In this document: in pieces, positions 1-8,781 of the stretch
How positions within the stretch are numbered: the stretch's first letter is position 1
How the letters are laid out: each line of letters begins with the position of its first letter
From: Flavobacteriales bacterium
Lineage (GTDB): Bacteria > Bacteroidota > Bacteroidia > Flavobacteriales_C > GCA-002722245
Reading direction: 5' to 3'
DNA length: 64,000 nt
NCBI GenBank assembly: GCA_002722245.1
Contig: PBLA01000033.1
Coordinates: 229,178-293,177, forward strand
Program-made: the position numbers and the translations under genes
Notes under the pieces: generated by a model
The model's input: the letters and a program-made list of their open reading frames with translations, nothing else
Databases searched by the model: none
Told to the model about the DNA's origin: nothing

Positions 1-2753
1 GGAAAGGCGATAACTTAACCATTAATAAAATCATTGAAACCCCTGATGCCAAAATCTACATTGCAACAGATATGGGATTGGCTGAAATCTTTAATGGAAA
101 TGTAGCTACCTACACCACCAAAAATGGATTAATTGGCTCATACATTTATGACTTACAAGAAGATGTGAATGGCGATATCTGGATTGCAACCTCTTCAGGT
201 CTTTCTCTTTTCTCAGACGGTATTTTTAAAAGCTTTACGAAAGAAAATGGATTTCCTTTTAATGAAATTTTCACATTGGAGGAAGATAAAAACGATAACA
301 TTTGGATTGGAACACGAAACGGTGTGTTAAAATTAAACATTAACACCTATGACTACGAAATATTTAATTCGGACAAGGGATTGAGTGAAGATATTGTTAA
401 AACAATATTAGAAGATAAACATGATAATATCTGGGTAGGAACCAGTGGTGGTGGCGTAAACAAATTTACAGGAATTTCATTCACCTACTTTGGTGAAAAG
501 GAAGGCCTAAAAAATGAAAAGATAAATGGAATCATCCAAGATAGAAATAACCATTTTTGGTTCGCAACAAGAGGAGGATTAATCAAATATGATGAAAATG
601 GTTCAATTACACTTTTCGATAAGGAAAAAGGCCTACCAGAAGATTATATTGCCACAGTTTTTGAAGACTCGAAAGGCAATATATGGGCAAGCACGCTGAA
701 AGGAATTGTACAAATTAAAGATGATAAACTTCTAAATGTTTATGATCGATCCAAAGGTGTAATTACACCAGCTAATTGCTTTTATGAAGACAATGAAGGA
801 GTTCTTTGGGCGGGGACCTCGTTAGGTCTGCTACGAATCAAAAATGGAATAATCACTTCATACAGTATGCTCCAGGGTCTTAACAATCCATCCATTACTG
901 CAATATGTCAAGATCAATCAGGAAAACTATGGATTGGAACGAAAGGCGGAGGAATTAATTGGTTTAATGGAATTGAATTTGGTTATTTAACCGAAGAAGA
1001 CGAATTAATCCCTTCCAACTACATAAATAGCATTGTAAAAGGACCAAGAGAGTCCTTATATATTGGAACAAACGCAGGAATCACAAAGTTTGATGAAAAT
1101 AAAAATACGTATTACACATTCAATACAAAAAATTCAAAACTTGTCTCGGATAAGATTAAAATGATGATTTTTGACGAAGATAACCAGCTTTGGGTCGCTT
1201 CAGATCAAAGCTTAGACCGGATATCTTTCAATCCACCACAGGTTACTCGTCAAACTGGAGAGCATATTTCTGAAATAAAACACTTTGGTGAATCTGATGG
1301 TGTAGAAGGAGGTGAAATCAATGGTAATGCCGTATGTGAAGATATTAACGGGAATTTATGGTTCGGCACAAATAAAGGTGCTGTAAAACATGATAGAAGC
1401 GTATATCACACGAATGACATTGCCCCTCAAACCTTCTTTACAGGCCTCGATTTAAATAATAAACAAATTGATTGGAAATCGAGGAAATACGGAACTGAAC
1501 CATGGAGTGGTATGCCAAAAAACTTGATTTTACCTTATGATTCATCTACTGTCACCTTCCATTTTGTAGGTATTAATCATGACAACTCTGATGGAACCAT
1601 GTATTATTCTTATTTGAAACGAAACGATGAATTTTATTCAGAACCTGAGTATTCAACCTCTAGAACTTCTGCATTTAAAAAATTATCACCAGGAGAATAT
1701 ACGTTTACCGTTTATGCCTGCAACAAGGATGAGGTTTGTAGTGAAAAAACTCCTTCCACGTTTTCATTTAAAATTACCCCTCCTTTTTGGTTAGAATTCT
1801 GGTTCATCCTTTTAATGATTATCATTGTGATTTCCTCGATTGTTCTTTTTATTAAATACAGAGAGCGAAAACTTCGAGCTGAGCGAGAATTACTTGAAAA
1901 AAAGGTTCAGGAACGAACACAGGAAGTAGTTGAGAAAAATAAGGAACTTGAATTAATCAATCTTGAAATCGCGAATAAAAATGAAGTGATTGAACAAAAA
2001 AATGCAGATCTTAATTCAAGTATTCGTTATGCTTTGACGATTCAAAAAGCATCCTTTCCCTCTATTCAGGAACTAAGAGAAGCGATACCAGATTCCTTCG
2101 TTTACCATCTTCCTCGAGATATTGTATCAGGAGATTTTTACTGGTATAGGCAAGTTGGATCTAAGTTTATCATTTCATGTGCTGATTGTACAGGACATGG
2201 GGTACCAGGAGCACTTACAAGTATGATAGGGATAGCACTATTGAATGAAATTGTGGGTGGGAATAAAATTACCGATCCATCAGAAATATTAAAATTATTA
2301 GACCAAGGTGTATTAAAGGCGTTCGAGAATAGTGAGTCGGAAACAAATGATGGAATGGATGTAAGTTTAATTACAATCGATACAGATAAAAAGATAATCG
2401 AGTATGCAGGGGCTTATCGACCTTTAATTCGAATACGAAACGGCGAACTAACGGAATACAAATCAACTAAGATGTCCATAGGCTTTAAGGATGTTATCAA
2501 TAAAACATTTGAAAAAACAACTTTAAGCATTGAAGATGGAGATTGTTTCTATATGTTCTCAGATGGTTATCCTGATCAATTCGGAGGCGAGAAAAGCAAA
2601 AAATTTAAAACTAAAGTAATGAAGGAAATGTTAGTCGAAAACCATCAATTATCCATGTCTGATCAAATGATTAATGTAGATGAGCGTTTGAAATTATGGA
2701 TGGGTGATGAAGAACAAGTAGACGATATTCTCGTTTTAGGTCTTAAGCTTTAA
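1..2753 (+). CDS. Sensor-like protein: beta-propeller (two-component-regulator propeller / Y_Y_Y-type) repeats, one TM helix, coiled coil, C-terminal PP2C/SpoIIE-family phosphatase; 5' end truncated by the window edge
   Basis: The frame is open from nt 3 to the listed ATG at 72. Recurring NIWIGT/GNLWFGT/GKLWIGT propeller motifs; hydrophobic stretch FWFILLMIIIVISSIVLFI; GDFYW..CADCTGHGVPGAL and FSDGY PP2C-like motifs. Confidence 0.75.
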   Translation, partial: KGDNLTINKIIETPDAKIYIATDMGLAEIFNGNVATYTTKNGLIGSYIYDLQEDVNGDIWIATSSGLSLFSDGIFKSFTKENGFPFNEIFTLEEDKNDNIWIGTRNGVLKLNINTYDYEIFNSDKGLSEDIVKTILEDKHDNIWVGTSGGGVNKFTGISFTYFGEKEGLKNEKINGIIQDRNNHFWFATRGGLIKYDENGSITLFDKEKGLPEDYIATVFEDSKGNIWASTLKGIVQIKDDKLLNVYDRSKGVITPANCFYEDNEGVLWAGTSLGLLRIKNGIITSYSMLQGLNNPSITAICQDQSGKLWIGTKGGGINWFNGIEFGYLTEEDELIPSNYINSIVKGPRESLYIGTNAGITKFDENKNTYYTFNTKNSKLVSDKIKMMIFDEDNQLWVASDQSLDRISFNPPQVTRQTGEHISEIKHFGESDGVEGGEINGNAVCEDINGNLWFGTNKGAVKHDRSVYHTNDIAPQTFFTGLDLNNKQIDWKSRKYGTEPWSGMPKNLILPYDSSTVTFHFVGINHDNSDGTMYYSYLKRNDEFYSEPEYSTSRTSAFKKLSPGEYTFTVYACNKDEVCSEKTPSTFSFKITPPFWLEFWFILLMIIIVISSIVLFIKYRERKLRAERELLEKKVQERTQEVVEKNKELELINLEIANKNEVIEQKNADLNSSIRYALTIQKASFPSIQELREAIPDSFVYHLPRDIVSGDFYWYRQVGSKFIISCADCTGHGVPGALTSMIGIALLNEIVGGNKITDPSEILKLLDQGVLKAFENSESETNDGMDVSLITIDTDKKIIEYAGAYRPLIRIRNGELTEYKSTKMSIGFKDVINKTFEKTTLSIEDGDCFYMFSDGYPDQFGGEKSKKFKTKVMKEMLVENHQLSMSDQMINVDERLKLWMGDEEQVDDILVLGLKL

Positions 2754-3073
2754 ACTGTAATCAGTTCGTTAATTTCCATTTTCAAAAATGCAAATTCAAT
2801 CAAATCTATACTTTGCTCCAGTTCAACATCATTAAGAGCAAGCATTAAATTACTAACAGGAGTTTTTAAAAATATTTTATTGGAATGTCTATTTTTTATT
2901 TGTGTATATTCTCTATGACTGGCTTGTAGCGACTTTAAAAATAAATGAGATTGATCCTTCTTAAACTTTAGAATAAATGTTCCTATTCCAATAATTAAGT
3001 CTTTACACTCACAACAGTATAACACATTACCAACTTTATTAGAAGCCAACAATTTAAAATTACAATTTTCCAT
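2750..3073 (-). CDS. Hypothetical small Cys-containing protein (107 aa)
   Basis: Six-frame ORF with a CCECK motif; no family recognised. Its start codon lies inside an 18-bp inverted repeat. Confidence 0.35.
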   Translation of the reverse strand: MENCNFKLLASNKVGNVLYCCECKDLIIGIGTFILKFKKDQSHLFLKSLQASHREYTQIKNRHSNKIFLKTPVSNLMLALNDVELEQSIDLIEFAFLKMEINELITV

Positions 3074-3109
3074 ATTTGTTATTTAGAAATATTCTAAATA
3101 ACAAATATG
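3071..3109. promoter_or_regulatory. Perfect 18-bp inverted repeat with a 3-nt spacer (catatttgttatttagaa / ttctaaataacaaatatg), overlapping the start codon of ORF 2750-3073
   Basis: Read directly from the sequence: arms at 3071-3088 and 3092-3109 are exact reverse complements. Confidence 0.55.
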
Positions 3110-3155
3110 ATCAAAAGAAGAACATTCTACAATAGCTTAAAAGGGTTATTTAGAA

Positions 3156-3189
3156 TAAAAAAGGCCTCTTTCTGAGGCCTTTTTTATTC
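3156..3189 (-). terminator. Rho-independent terminator downstream of the Rne/Rng ribonuclease gene (stem aggcctc/gaggcct flanked by A- and T-runs; could act in both directions)
   Basis: GC stem 3162-3168/3174-3180, A-run before it and T-run 3181-3189 after it. Confidence 0.6.
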
Positions 3190-4737
3190 TACATCTAATT
3201 CTTTTCCTTCGTGGTCATAAAAATGATATTCTAGAATTTCATTATCAAACATAGGCATCAACTCTACTTTAACACCTATTCTCCTTTGAAGCTTCTTCTT
3301 TTCATTTGTAAATACTCCCTTCGTTAAATACGATTCTACGTAAGGATGAAGTGAAATTTTAATTTTAGACAGTTTATTCGCTTTTACTAGAGCATTCGCT
3401 TGTCCTTCCAGAGCCTGAACTAAGTTAATGCTTGCATCTACCTTTCCTGTTCCTAAACATGTAGGGCAAACCTCTGTAGTTACAACATTAGTCACAGGAC
3501 GAACGCGCTGTCGTGTTATTTCGATCAATCCAAATTTACTTGGAGGAGTAAGACTGTGTTTTGCCCGATCATTTTTCATCACATCTTTCATGTGTTGATA
3601 AAGTCGTTTTCTATTTGCGGGCTTTTTCATATCAATGAAATCCACAACAATAATACCCCCCATGTCTCTTAAACGAAGCTGTCTGGCTACTTCCTCTGCA
3701 GCTTCTAAATTAACGGCCAATGCATTTTCCTCTTGATTCGCATTTTCATGGGAACGATTTCCTGAGTTAACATCAATCACATGACAAGCCTCAGTATGCT
3801 CAATTACAAGATAAACGCCGCTTTTAGATGTTACAGTTTGCCCAAAAGACTGCTTGATCTCTTTTGAAATTTTAAAATGCTCAAAAATAGGTAGCTTACC
3901 TTTGAAGTGATGGACAACACCTTTTTTCTTCGGTGATTTTTCCTCAATATAATCTCTAACTTCATTAAACAACAACTCATTGTCTACATGAATTGCTTCA
4001 AAATCACTATTGAATACATCACGCAAAATAGCAGATGTCCGACTAAGTTCACCAAGTACCCGATCAGTAACTTTTGCGTCCTTCAAATTCGTGTGTATAT
4101 CATTCCATTTTGCAAGTAAATCCTCTAAATCTTTTTGAAGTTCAGCAACTCTTTTATCTTTCGCATTTGTCCGAACAATCACACCAAAATTCTTTGGTTT
4201 TATGCTTTTGATTAATTTTTTTAATCGATCTTTCTCTTTTCGATTTCCTATCTTTTGTGATACTGATACACGTTCAGAAAAAGGGACTAATACTAGATAT
4301 CTTCCTGGAATTGAAAGTTCAGAACCAATTCTTGGCCCTTTGGTGCTTATGGGTTCTTTGGCTACCTGAACAAGAACTTCTTGTCCCGGATCAAGTACCT
4401 CACCCATTGCACCTGTTTTTTCGATATCTACTTCATTTTTAAAATAAAGTAGATTACTGGTTTTCTCCTTACCCTCTCTCGTTCTTTTTACAAACTTATT
4501 AAGAGATAATACTTGTGGTCCTAAATCAAAATAATGAAGGAAAGCATCCTTTTCATATCCAACGTCAACAAATGCGGCATTTAAACTGGGAAGAACTTTT
4601 CTTACTTTTCCCAAATAAATATCCCCTACAGCAAATTTTGTGTTTTTAGGTTCTTTATGCAGTTCCACCAACTGCTTATCCTTAAGTAATGCAATTAAAA
4701 CTTCAGAAGGTGTAGAACTTAAAACTAATTCGTACAC
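3184..4737 (-). CDS. rng: Rne/Rng-family ribonuclease (RNase G-like, S1 domain plus catalytic core)
   Basis: 517 aa; S1-domain region GQEVLVQVAKEPISTKGPRI and the catalytic-core DxxxGN-type conservation typical of RNase E/G. Confidence 0.8.
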   Translation of the reverse strand: MYELVLSSTPSEVLIALLKDKQLVELHKEPKNTKFAVGDIYLGKVRKVLPSLNAAFVDVGYEKDAFLHYFDLGPQVLSLNKFVKRTREGKEKTSNLLYFKNEVDIEKTGAMGEVLDPGQEVLVQVAKEPISTKGPRIGSELSIPGRYLVLVPFSERVSVSQKIGNRKEKDRLKKLIKSIKPKNFGVIVRTNAKDKRVAELQKDLEDLLAKWNDIHTNLKDAKVTDRVLGELSRTSAILRDVFNSDFEAIHVDNELLFNEVRDYIEEKSPKKKGVVHHFKGKLPIFEHFKISKEIKQSFGQTVTSKSGVYLVIEHTEACHVIDVNSGNRSHENANQEENALAVNLEAAEEVARQLRLRDMGGIIVVDFIDMKKPANRKRLYQHMKDVMKNDRAKHSLTPPSKFGLIEITRQRVRPVTNVVTTEVCPTCLGTGKVDASINLVQALEGQANALVKANKLSKIKISLHPYVESYLTKGVFTNEKKKLQRRIGVKVELMPMFDNEILEYHFYDHEGKELDVE

Positions 4738-4765
4738 TTTTATATGTTTTTGTATATATAGATAT

Positions 4766-4795
4766 TGCTAGTCCCTTCTAGGAACTAGCAACAAA
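4766..4795. promoter_or_regulatory. Imperfect hairpin (ttgctagtcc...ggaactagcaa) between bS22 and the rng start; either a bS22 terminator or a structure in the rng 5' leader
   Basis: Inverted repeat read from the sequence. Confidence 0.3.
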
Positions 4796-4825
4796 AATTT
4801 AAGGAAAGGTATAAGAAGAAGTAAT

Positions 4826-4915
4826 TTACTTCTTCTTATGCCTGTTTTTTCTTAATCTCTTTTTACGCTTGTGCGTAGCCATCTTATGTCTTTTTCTTTT
4901 CTTTCCGCTTGGCAT
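4826..4915 (-). CDS. Ribosomal protein bS22 (AURKAIP1/COX24/mS38-like), 29 aa, not in the ORF track
   Basis: The reverse strand translates to MPSGKKRKRHKMATHKRKKRLRKNRHKKK, an extremely basic peptide resembling bS22 of Bacteroidota/mycobacteria. Confidence 0.55.
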   Translation of the reverse strand: MPSGKKRKRHKMATHKRKKRLRKNRHKKK

Positions 4916-4960
4916 AATTTTTTAATTTAAAGTTTTTAAAATATTATTACAGTTAAATAC

Positions 4961-5251
4961 CTATTTAACCGACGTTTCATTCTTCACTTTGTCCACAAAA
5001 ACCTTTGCTGGTTTAAAAGCTGGAACAAAATGTTCTGGAATGATGATAGTTGTATTTTTAGAGATGTTTCTTCCTGTTTTTTGAGCTCTTTTCTTAACAA
5101 TAAAACTCCCAAAACCTCGAAGGTAAACGTTTTCTCCTTCCGTTAAAGAAGTTTTTACTGATTTCATAAAAGCTTCAACAGTTGCTTGAACTGCTACTTT
5201 CTCAATTCCTGTCTTCTCCGAAATTTCATTCACGATATCCGCCTTGGTCAT
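4961..5251 (-). CDS. hup: HU-family DNA-binding protein
   Basis: 96 aa; RGFGSF...RNISKNTTIIIP arm motif of HU/IHF. Confidence 0.85.
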   Translation of the reverse strand: MTKADIVNEISEKTGIEKVAVQATVEAFMKSVKTSLTEGENVYLRGFGSFIVKKRAQKTGRNISKNTTIIIPEHFVPAFKPAKVFVDKVKNETSVK

Positions 5252-5382
5252 CTCTACTCAGTTTAAATATTTATAATTTATTTTTGGTTTTCCTTTTTTA
5301 AATGGGGGTGCAAATTTACATGACTTTTTTCAGTTTTGGAAGGAAAAAAAACTTTTTTTTCTCTTAACTGTTTCAAAACGAA

Positions 5383-6381
5383 TTGTTTGACATGAATGAT
5401 TTTAGCGATAAAATACGAAACTGGTATCGACAAAACCAACGTGATTTACCTTGGAGAAACACCTCAAACCCCTTTAAAATATGGCTCTCTGAAATCATTC
5501 TCCAACAAACCAGAGTGGATCAAGGGTTACAGTATTATACAAAATTTATTAGGCGTTTTAATCATGTGAAGGAACTAGCTGAGGCCTCAGAGGATGAGGT
5601 TCTTACTATGTGGCAAGGCTTAGGCTATTACAGTAGAGGTAGAAACTTGAGAAAAGCGGCAATTCAGGTCATGGAGGAATTTAACGGTGAGTTTCCTAAA
5701 GATTCTAAAGAACTAAAAAAATTAAAAGGCATTGGCGATTATAGTGCAGCTGCAATTGCTAGCTTTTCAAACAACGAAAAGATTGCCGTTGTTGATGGTA
5801 ATGTTTATAGAGTTTTAGCACGAATTTTTGGTATTGACACTCCTATTGATACCTCTCTCGGAAAAAAGAAATTTAACGAACTCGCAAACCTCCTCATTTC
5901 ATCTAGGTTTCCAGCCGAACATAATCAGGCTATCATGGAGTTTGGAGCGCTTAATTGCACGCCTAAAAAACCACTTTGTACAACATGTATTTTTAATAGT
6001 TCATGTGAGGCGCTAAATAATAATCTTGTTCAACAGCTTCCTGTAAAGCGAAGAAAAAATCCTAAAAAAATTCGATATTTCCATTTTCACTTAATCCTAA
6101 AGAATCAAAAAATTCTTTTAGAAAAAAGATCGGAAAACGGTATATGGGCAAACATGTATCAATTGCCTTTATTAGAATTTGATCAGCCTTCCCCTTCACG
6201 CTTTAAGCTGCTTCATGAAACCAAACATATTTTATCCCATCAGGATTTATTTTGCTCATTTTATTTAGTTCGTGATCAGTTTACATCAAACGGAATATGG
6301 GTCTCATTGTCGGACTTAAATAAATATGCGCTTCCGGTTGTTATCAATAATTTTTTAACCCAATACTTAAATAAACATTGA
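5383..6381 (+). CDS. mutY: A/G-specific adenine DNA glycosylase MutY
   Basis: HhH-GPD region (ILQQTRV, GIGDYSAAAIASF), 4Fe-4S Cys cluster (CTPKKPLCTTCIFNSSC) and a C-terminal NUDIX-like domain. Confidence 0.85.
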   Translation: MFDMNDFSDKIRNWYRQNQRDLPWRNTSNPFKIWLSEIILQQTRVDQGLQYYTKFIRRFNHVKELAEASEDEVLTMWQGLGYYSRGRNLRKAAIQVMEEFNGEFPKDSKELKKLKGIGDYSAAAIASFSNNEKIAVVDGNVYRVLARIFGIDTPIDTSLGKKKFNELANLLISSRFPAEHNQAIMEFGALNCTPKKPLCTTCIFNSSCEALNNNLVQQLPVKRRKNPKKIRYFHFHLILKNQKILLEKRSENGIWANMYQLPLLEFDQPSPSRFKLLHETKHILSHQDLFCSFYLVRDQFTSNGIWVSLSDLNKYALPVVINNFLTQYLNKH

Positions 6382-6418
6382 GCATTTACTATCTTCGTAA
6401 TCTAAAGAATAAGAGAAT

Positions 6419-6862
6419 ATGGCTGGTGTTAATAAAGTAATTTTGGTTGGTAATCTAGGGAAAGATCCTGAAGTAAGACATTTAGAAAATGGAACTGCAG
6501 TTGCTAATTTTCCCATAGCAACGAGTGAAAGTTATAAAGACAGAGATGGTAATCGAGTTGATCAAACTGAATGGCACAATATTGTTGTTTGGAGAAAACT
6601 CGCAGAAATTGCAGAAAATTATTTACGAAAAGGCAGTCAAATATATCTTGAAGGAAAATTAAGAACTCGATCTTGGGATGATCCGCAAGGCAATAAAAGG
6701 TATACTACAGAAGTTGTTGCAGACACCTTTACTATGCTCGGAAGAAGAGAGGAAAACCAGTCAGTACAAGGGGGGGCAAATTTAAGTTCTCAGCCCAACC
6801 AACAACCACTGCAGGAAGGAGCAAATACGGCTCCTGATGATGAAGATGATTTACCATTTTAA
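6419..6862 (+). CDS. ssb: Single-stranded DNA-binding protein
   Basis: OB-fold N-terminus; Gln/Pro-rich linker; acidic C-terminal tail DDEDDLPF. Confidence 0.9.
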   Translation: MAGVNKVILVGNLGKDPEVRHLENGTAVANFPIATSESYKDRDGNRVDQTEWHNIVVWRKLAEIAENYLRKGSQIYLEGKLRTRSWDDPQGNKRYTTEVVADTFTMLGRREENQSVQGGANLSSQPNQQPLQEGANTAPDDEDDLPF

Positions 6863-8211
6863 TGATTACTTATTTGGTTAATCCTGAGCATTTAAATCTC
6901 GGTTATAGTACACTTAATCAAATAAGTACCATTCCTCTTTCGGATTGGATATATTTGTTATGCCTCACTTTAGGCATGATATTGCTTTTATCTGCCTCAG
7001 CTTTTATTTCGGCCTCTGAAACTGCATTCTTTTCATTGGATAAAATAGACTTAAAAAAAATTGCAGATTCCGACAAATCAACAGCTGACCAAATCCAAAA
7101 ACTATTAGAAGAACCTGACAGACTTCTAGCAACTATATTAATTGTAAACAACACTGTAAATATTGGTATGATATTATTATCTACCCTTGTGGTTGATGTT
7201 TTCCAAAATAAAGCAAGTGCTCCTGATTGGTTGATGTTTTTGATTCAAGTAGTAGGTATCACCGCCCTAATATTGTTGTTTGGTGAAATAATCCCAAAGG
7301 TATATGCTACTCAGCGGAATAAATTTCTTGCAGTGATTATGGTAAAAGCAATTACGCTATTTGGTAAATTGTTTTACTTACCTGCAAAAGGACTTGTTAA
7401 AATTTCTAAAGGGTTTGATAATAAGTTAGGATCAAAAAATAAAAACTTAAGTCTTGACGAATTATCAGAGGTGCATGAGATTGTTCAAAACAAAGCAAAC
7501 AAACAGGAACAAAAAATGCTGGATGGTATTTTGGAAATTGGGAATACCGAGGCAAAACAGATTATGATCCCTCGAACAGACATGATTGCAATCTCACAAA
7601 AAATGAGTTATCAAGATGTTTTGGAAAAAATTGTGCAAGAAGGGATCTCTCGGATTCCAGTGTATCATGAAACCATAGACAATATTAAAGGGATATTATA
7701 CATAAAAGATCTTATTGGATCATTGAATGACAAAAAAAGTGATTTTAATTGGATGAAATTAGTTCGTCAACCTTATTTTGTTCCTGAAACCAAAAAATTA
7801 GATGACTTACTGGAAGAATTTCAAACAAAAAAAATTCACTTAGCAATTGTTGTTGATGAATACGGAGGAGTTGAGGGTTTAATTACACTGGAAGATATCA
7901 TTGAAGAGATTGTGGGAGATATAAAAGATGAATTTGACGATGATGAAAATGATGATTATACGATATTGGGAGATGGTAAATATATCTTTGATGGTAAAAT
8001 ACCCCTACTAGATATGTACAGAATACTCGATGTAGAAGGTGAAGACTTTGAGGAAATTAAAGGTGAAGCAGAAACTATTGCGGGTTTAATTTTAGAAATA
8101 AAAGGAGGATTTCCTAGAAAAGGTGAAATCATCACATTAAAAAACTATGAATTTACCGTTGAGCATATCGATCGAAGAAGAATTCATCGAATAAAATTAG
8201 AAGTGAAATGA
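6862..8211 (+). CDS. gldE: CNNM/DUF21 transmembrane + CBS pair + CorC/HlyC domain protein (gliding-motility GldE-like)
   Basis: Domain order matches GldE. The ssb-gldE-gldD arrangement with 1-nt (TAATG) and 4-nt (ATGA) overlaps mirrors the Flavobacterium johnsoniae locus. Confidence 0.6.
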   Translation: MITYLVNPEHLNLGYSTLNQISTIPLSDWIYLLCLTLGMILLLSASAFISASETAFFSLDKIDLKKIADSDKSTADQIQKLLEEPDRLLATILIVNNTVNIGMILLSTLVVDVFQNKASAPDWLMFLIQVVGITALILLFGEIIPKVYATQRNKFLAVIMVKAITLFGKLFYLPAKGLVKISKGFDNKLGSKNKNLSLDELSEVHEIVQNKANKQEQKMLDGILEIGNTEAKQIMIPRTDMIAISQKMSYQDVLEKIVQEGISRIPVYHETIDNIKGILYIKDLIGSLNDKKSDFNWMKLVRQPYFVPETKKLDDLLEEFQTKKIHLAIVVDEYGGVEGLITLEDIIEEIVGDIKDEFDDDENDDYTILGDGKYIFDGKIPLLDMYRILDVEGEDFEEIKGEAETIAGLILEIKGGFPRKGEIITLKNYEFTVEHIDRRRIHRIKLEVK

Positions 8212-8774
8212 TAAAGTTTTTTGTTTGGGCGTTTATAGCGTCTGTGCTTCTTACAAATTGCACTGATCCACCCTATCCTAAACCTCATGGATACCCACGT
8301 TTAAATCTTCCTGAAAAAGGATATACTAAATGGAGTAGCAATTGCTATTTCAACTTTAAAAGGGGGATTGCCACAGAAATTGAATTTGTGAACCAAAAAG
8401 ATTCATGCTATTTTAACATTTCCTACCCTACATTAAATGGTAAAATTCATTGTTCTTACCTTTCTGTAAATGGGCACTTAAAAGAAATTATTGATCAGGA
8501 ATACAAGCTAAGAGAGAAACACAACCAATTTTCAACAAGCGTTCAAGAGCGTGTATATCATGATGATAATAAAAAAGTTAACGCCTTGATTTTTAATATC
8601 TCTGGGACTCAAGCGGCTACACCTCTTCAATTTTTTATTACCGATAGTACTGATCATTTCTTCAGAGGAACACTCTATTTTAACACTACACCAAACAACG
8701 ATTCTTTGGCAACAGCTATTGAATTTATTAAAGCAGATGTAGACACCATCATAGAATCCTTTGAATGGAAATGA
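8208..8774 (+). CDS. gldD: Small lipoprotein, gliding-motility GldD-like
   Basis: Signal peptide with lipobox (LLTNC); 188 aa; immediately downstream of gldE and translationally coupled to it. Confidence 0.55.
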   Translation: MIKFFVWAFIASVLLTNCTDPPYPKPHGYPRLNLPEKGYTKWSSNCYFNFKRGIATEIEFVNQKDSCYFNISYPTLNGKIHCSYLSVNGHLKEIIDQEYKLREKHNQFSTSVQERVYHDDNKKVNALIFNISGTQAATPLQFFITDSTDHFFRGTLYFNTTPNNDSLATAIEFIKADVDTIIESFEWK

Positions 8775-8781
8775 AAGTCCA

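Noticed and set aside
146-346. Short antisense ORFs embedded in longer genes, here and elsewhere in the track: 146-346, 4257-4442, 5828-6016, 6918-7154, 9383-9580, 10199-10438, 10637-10876, 12339-12635, 17771-18001, 18051-18335, 20865-21101, 24122-24367, 27412-27609, 28261-28476, 29595-29885, 29773-29982, 30404-30721, 31565-31750, 32106-32312, 32696-32911, 33230-33436, 34637-34846, 39425-39640, 41946-42140, 42429-42698, 43911-44126, 43962-44156, 46684-47034, 48460-48663, 50795-51022, 52016-52204, 54533-54724, 57189-57380, 57743-57925, 58891-59145, 59280-59495, 60271-60453, 60898-61131
   Set aside because: All lie inside, and opposite or out of frame to, longer ORFs with clear family signatures. 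They have low-complexity AT-driven composition and no recognisable motifs.
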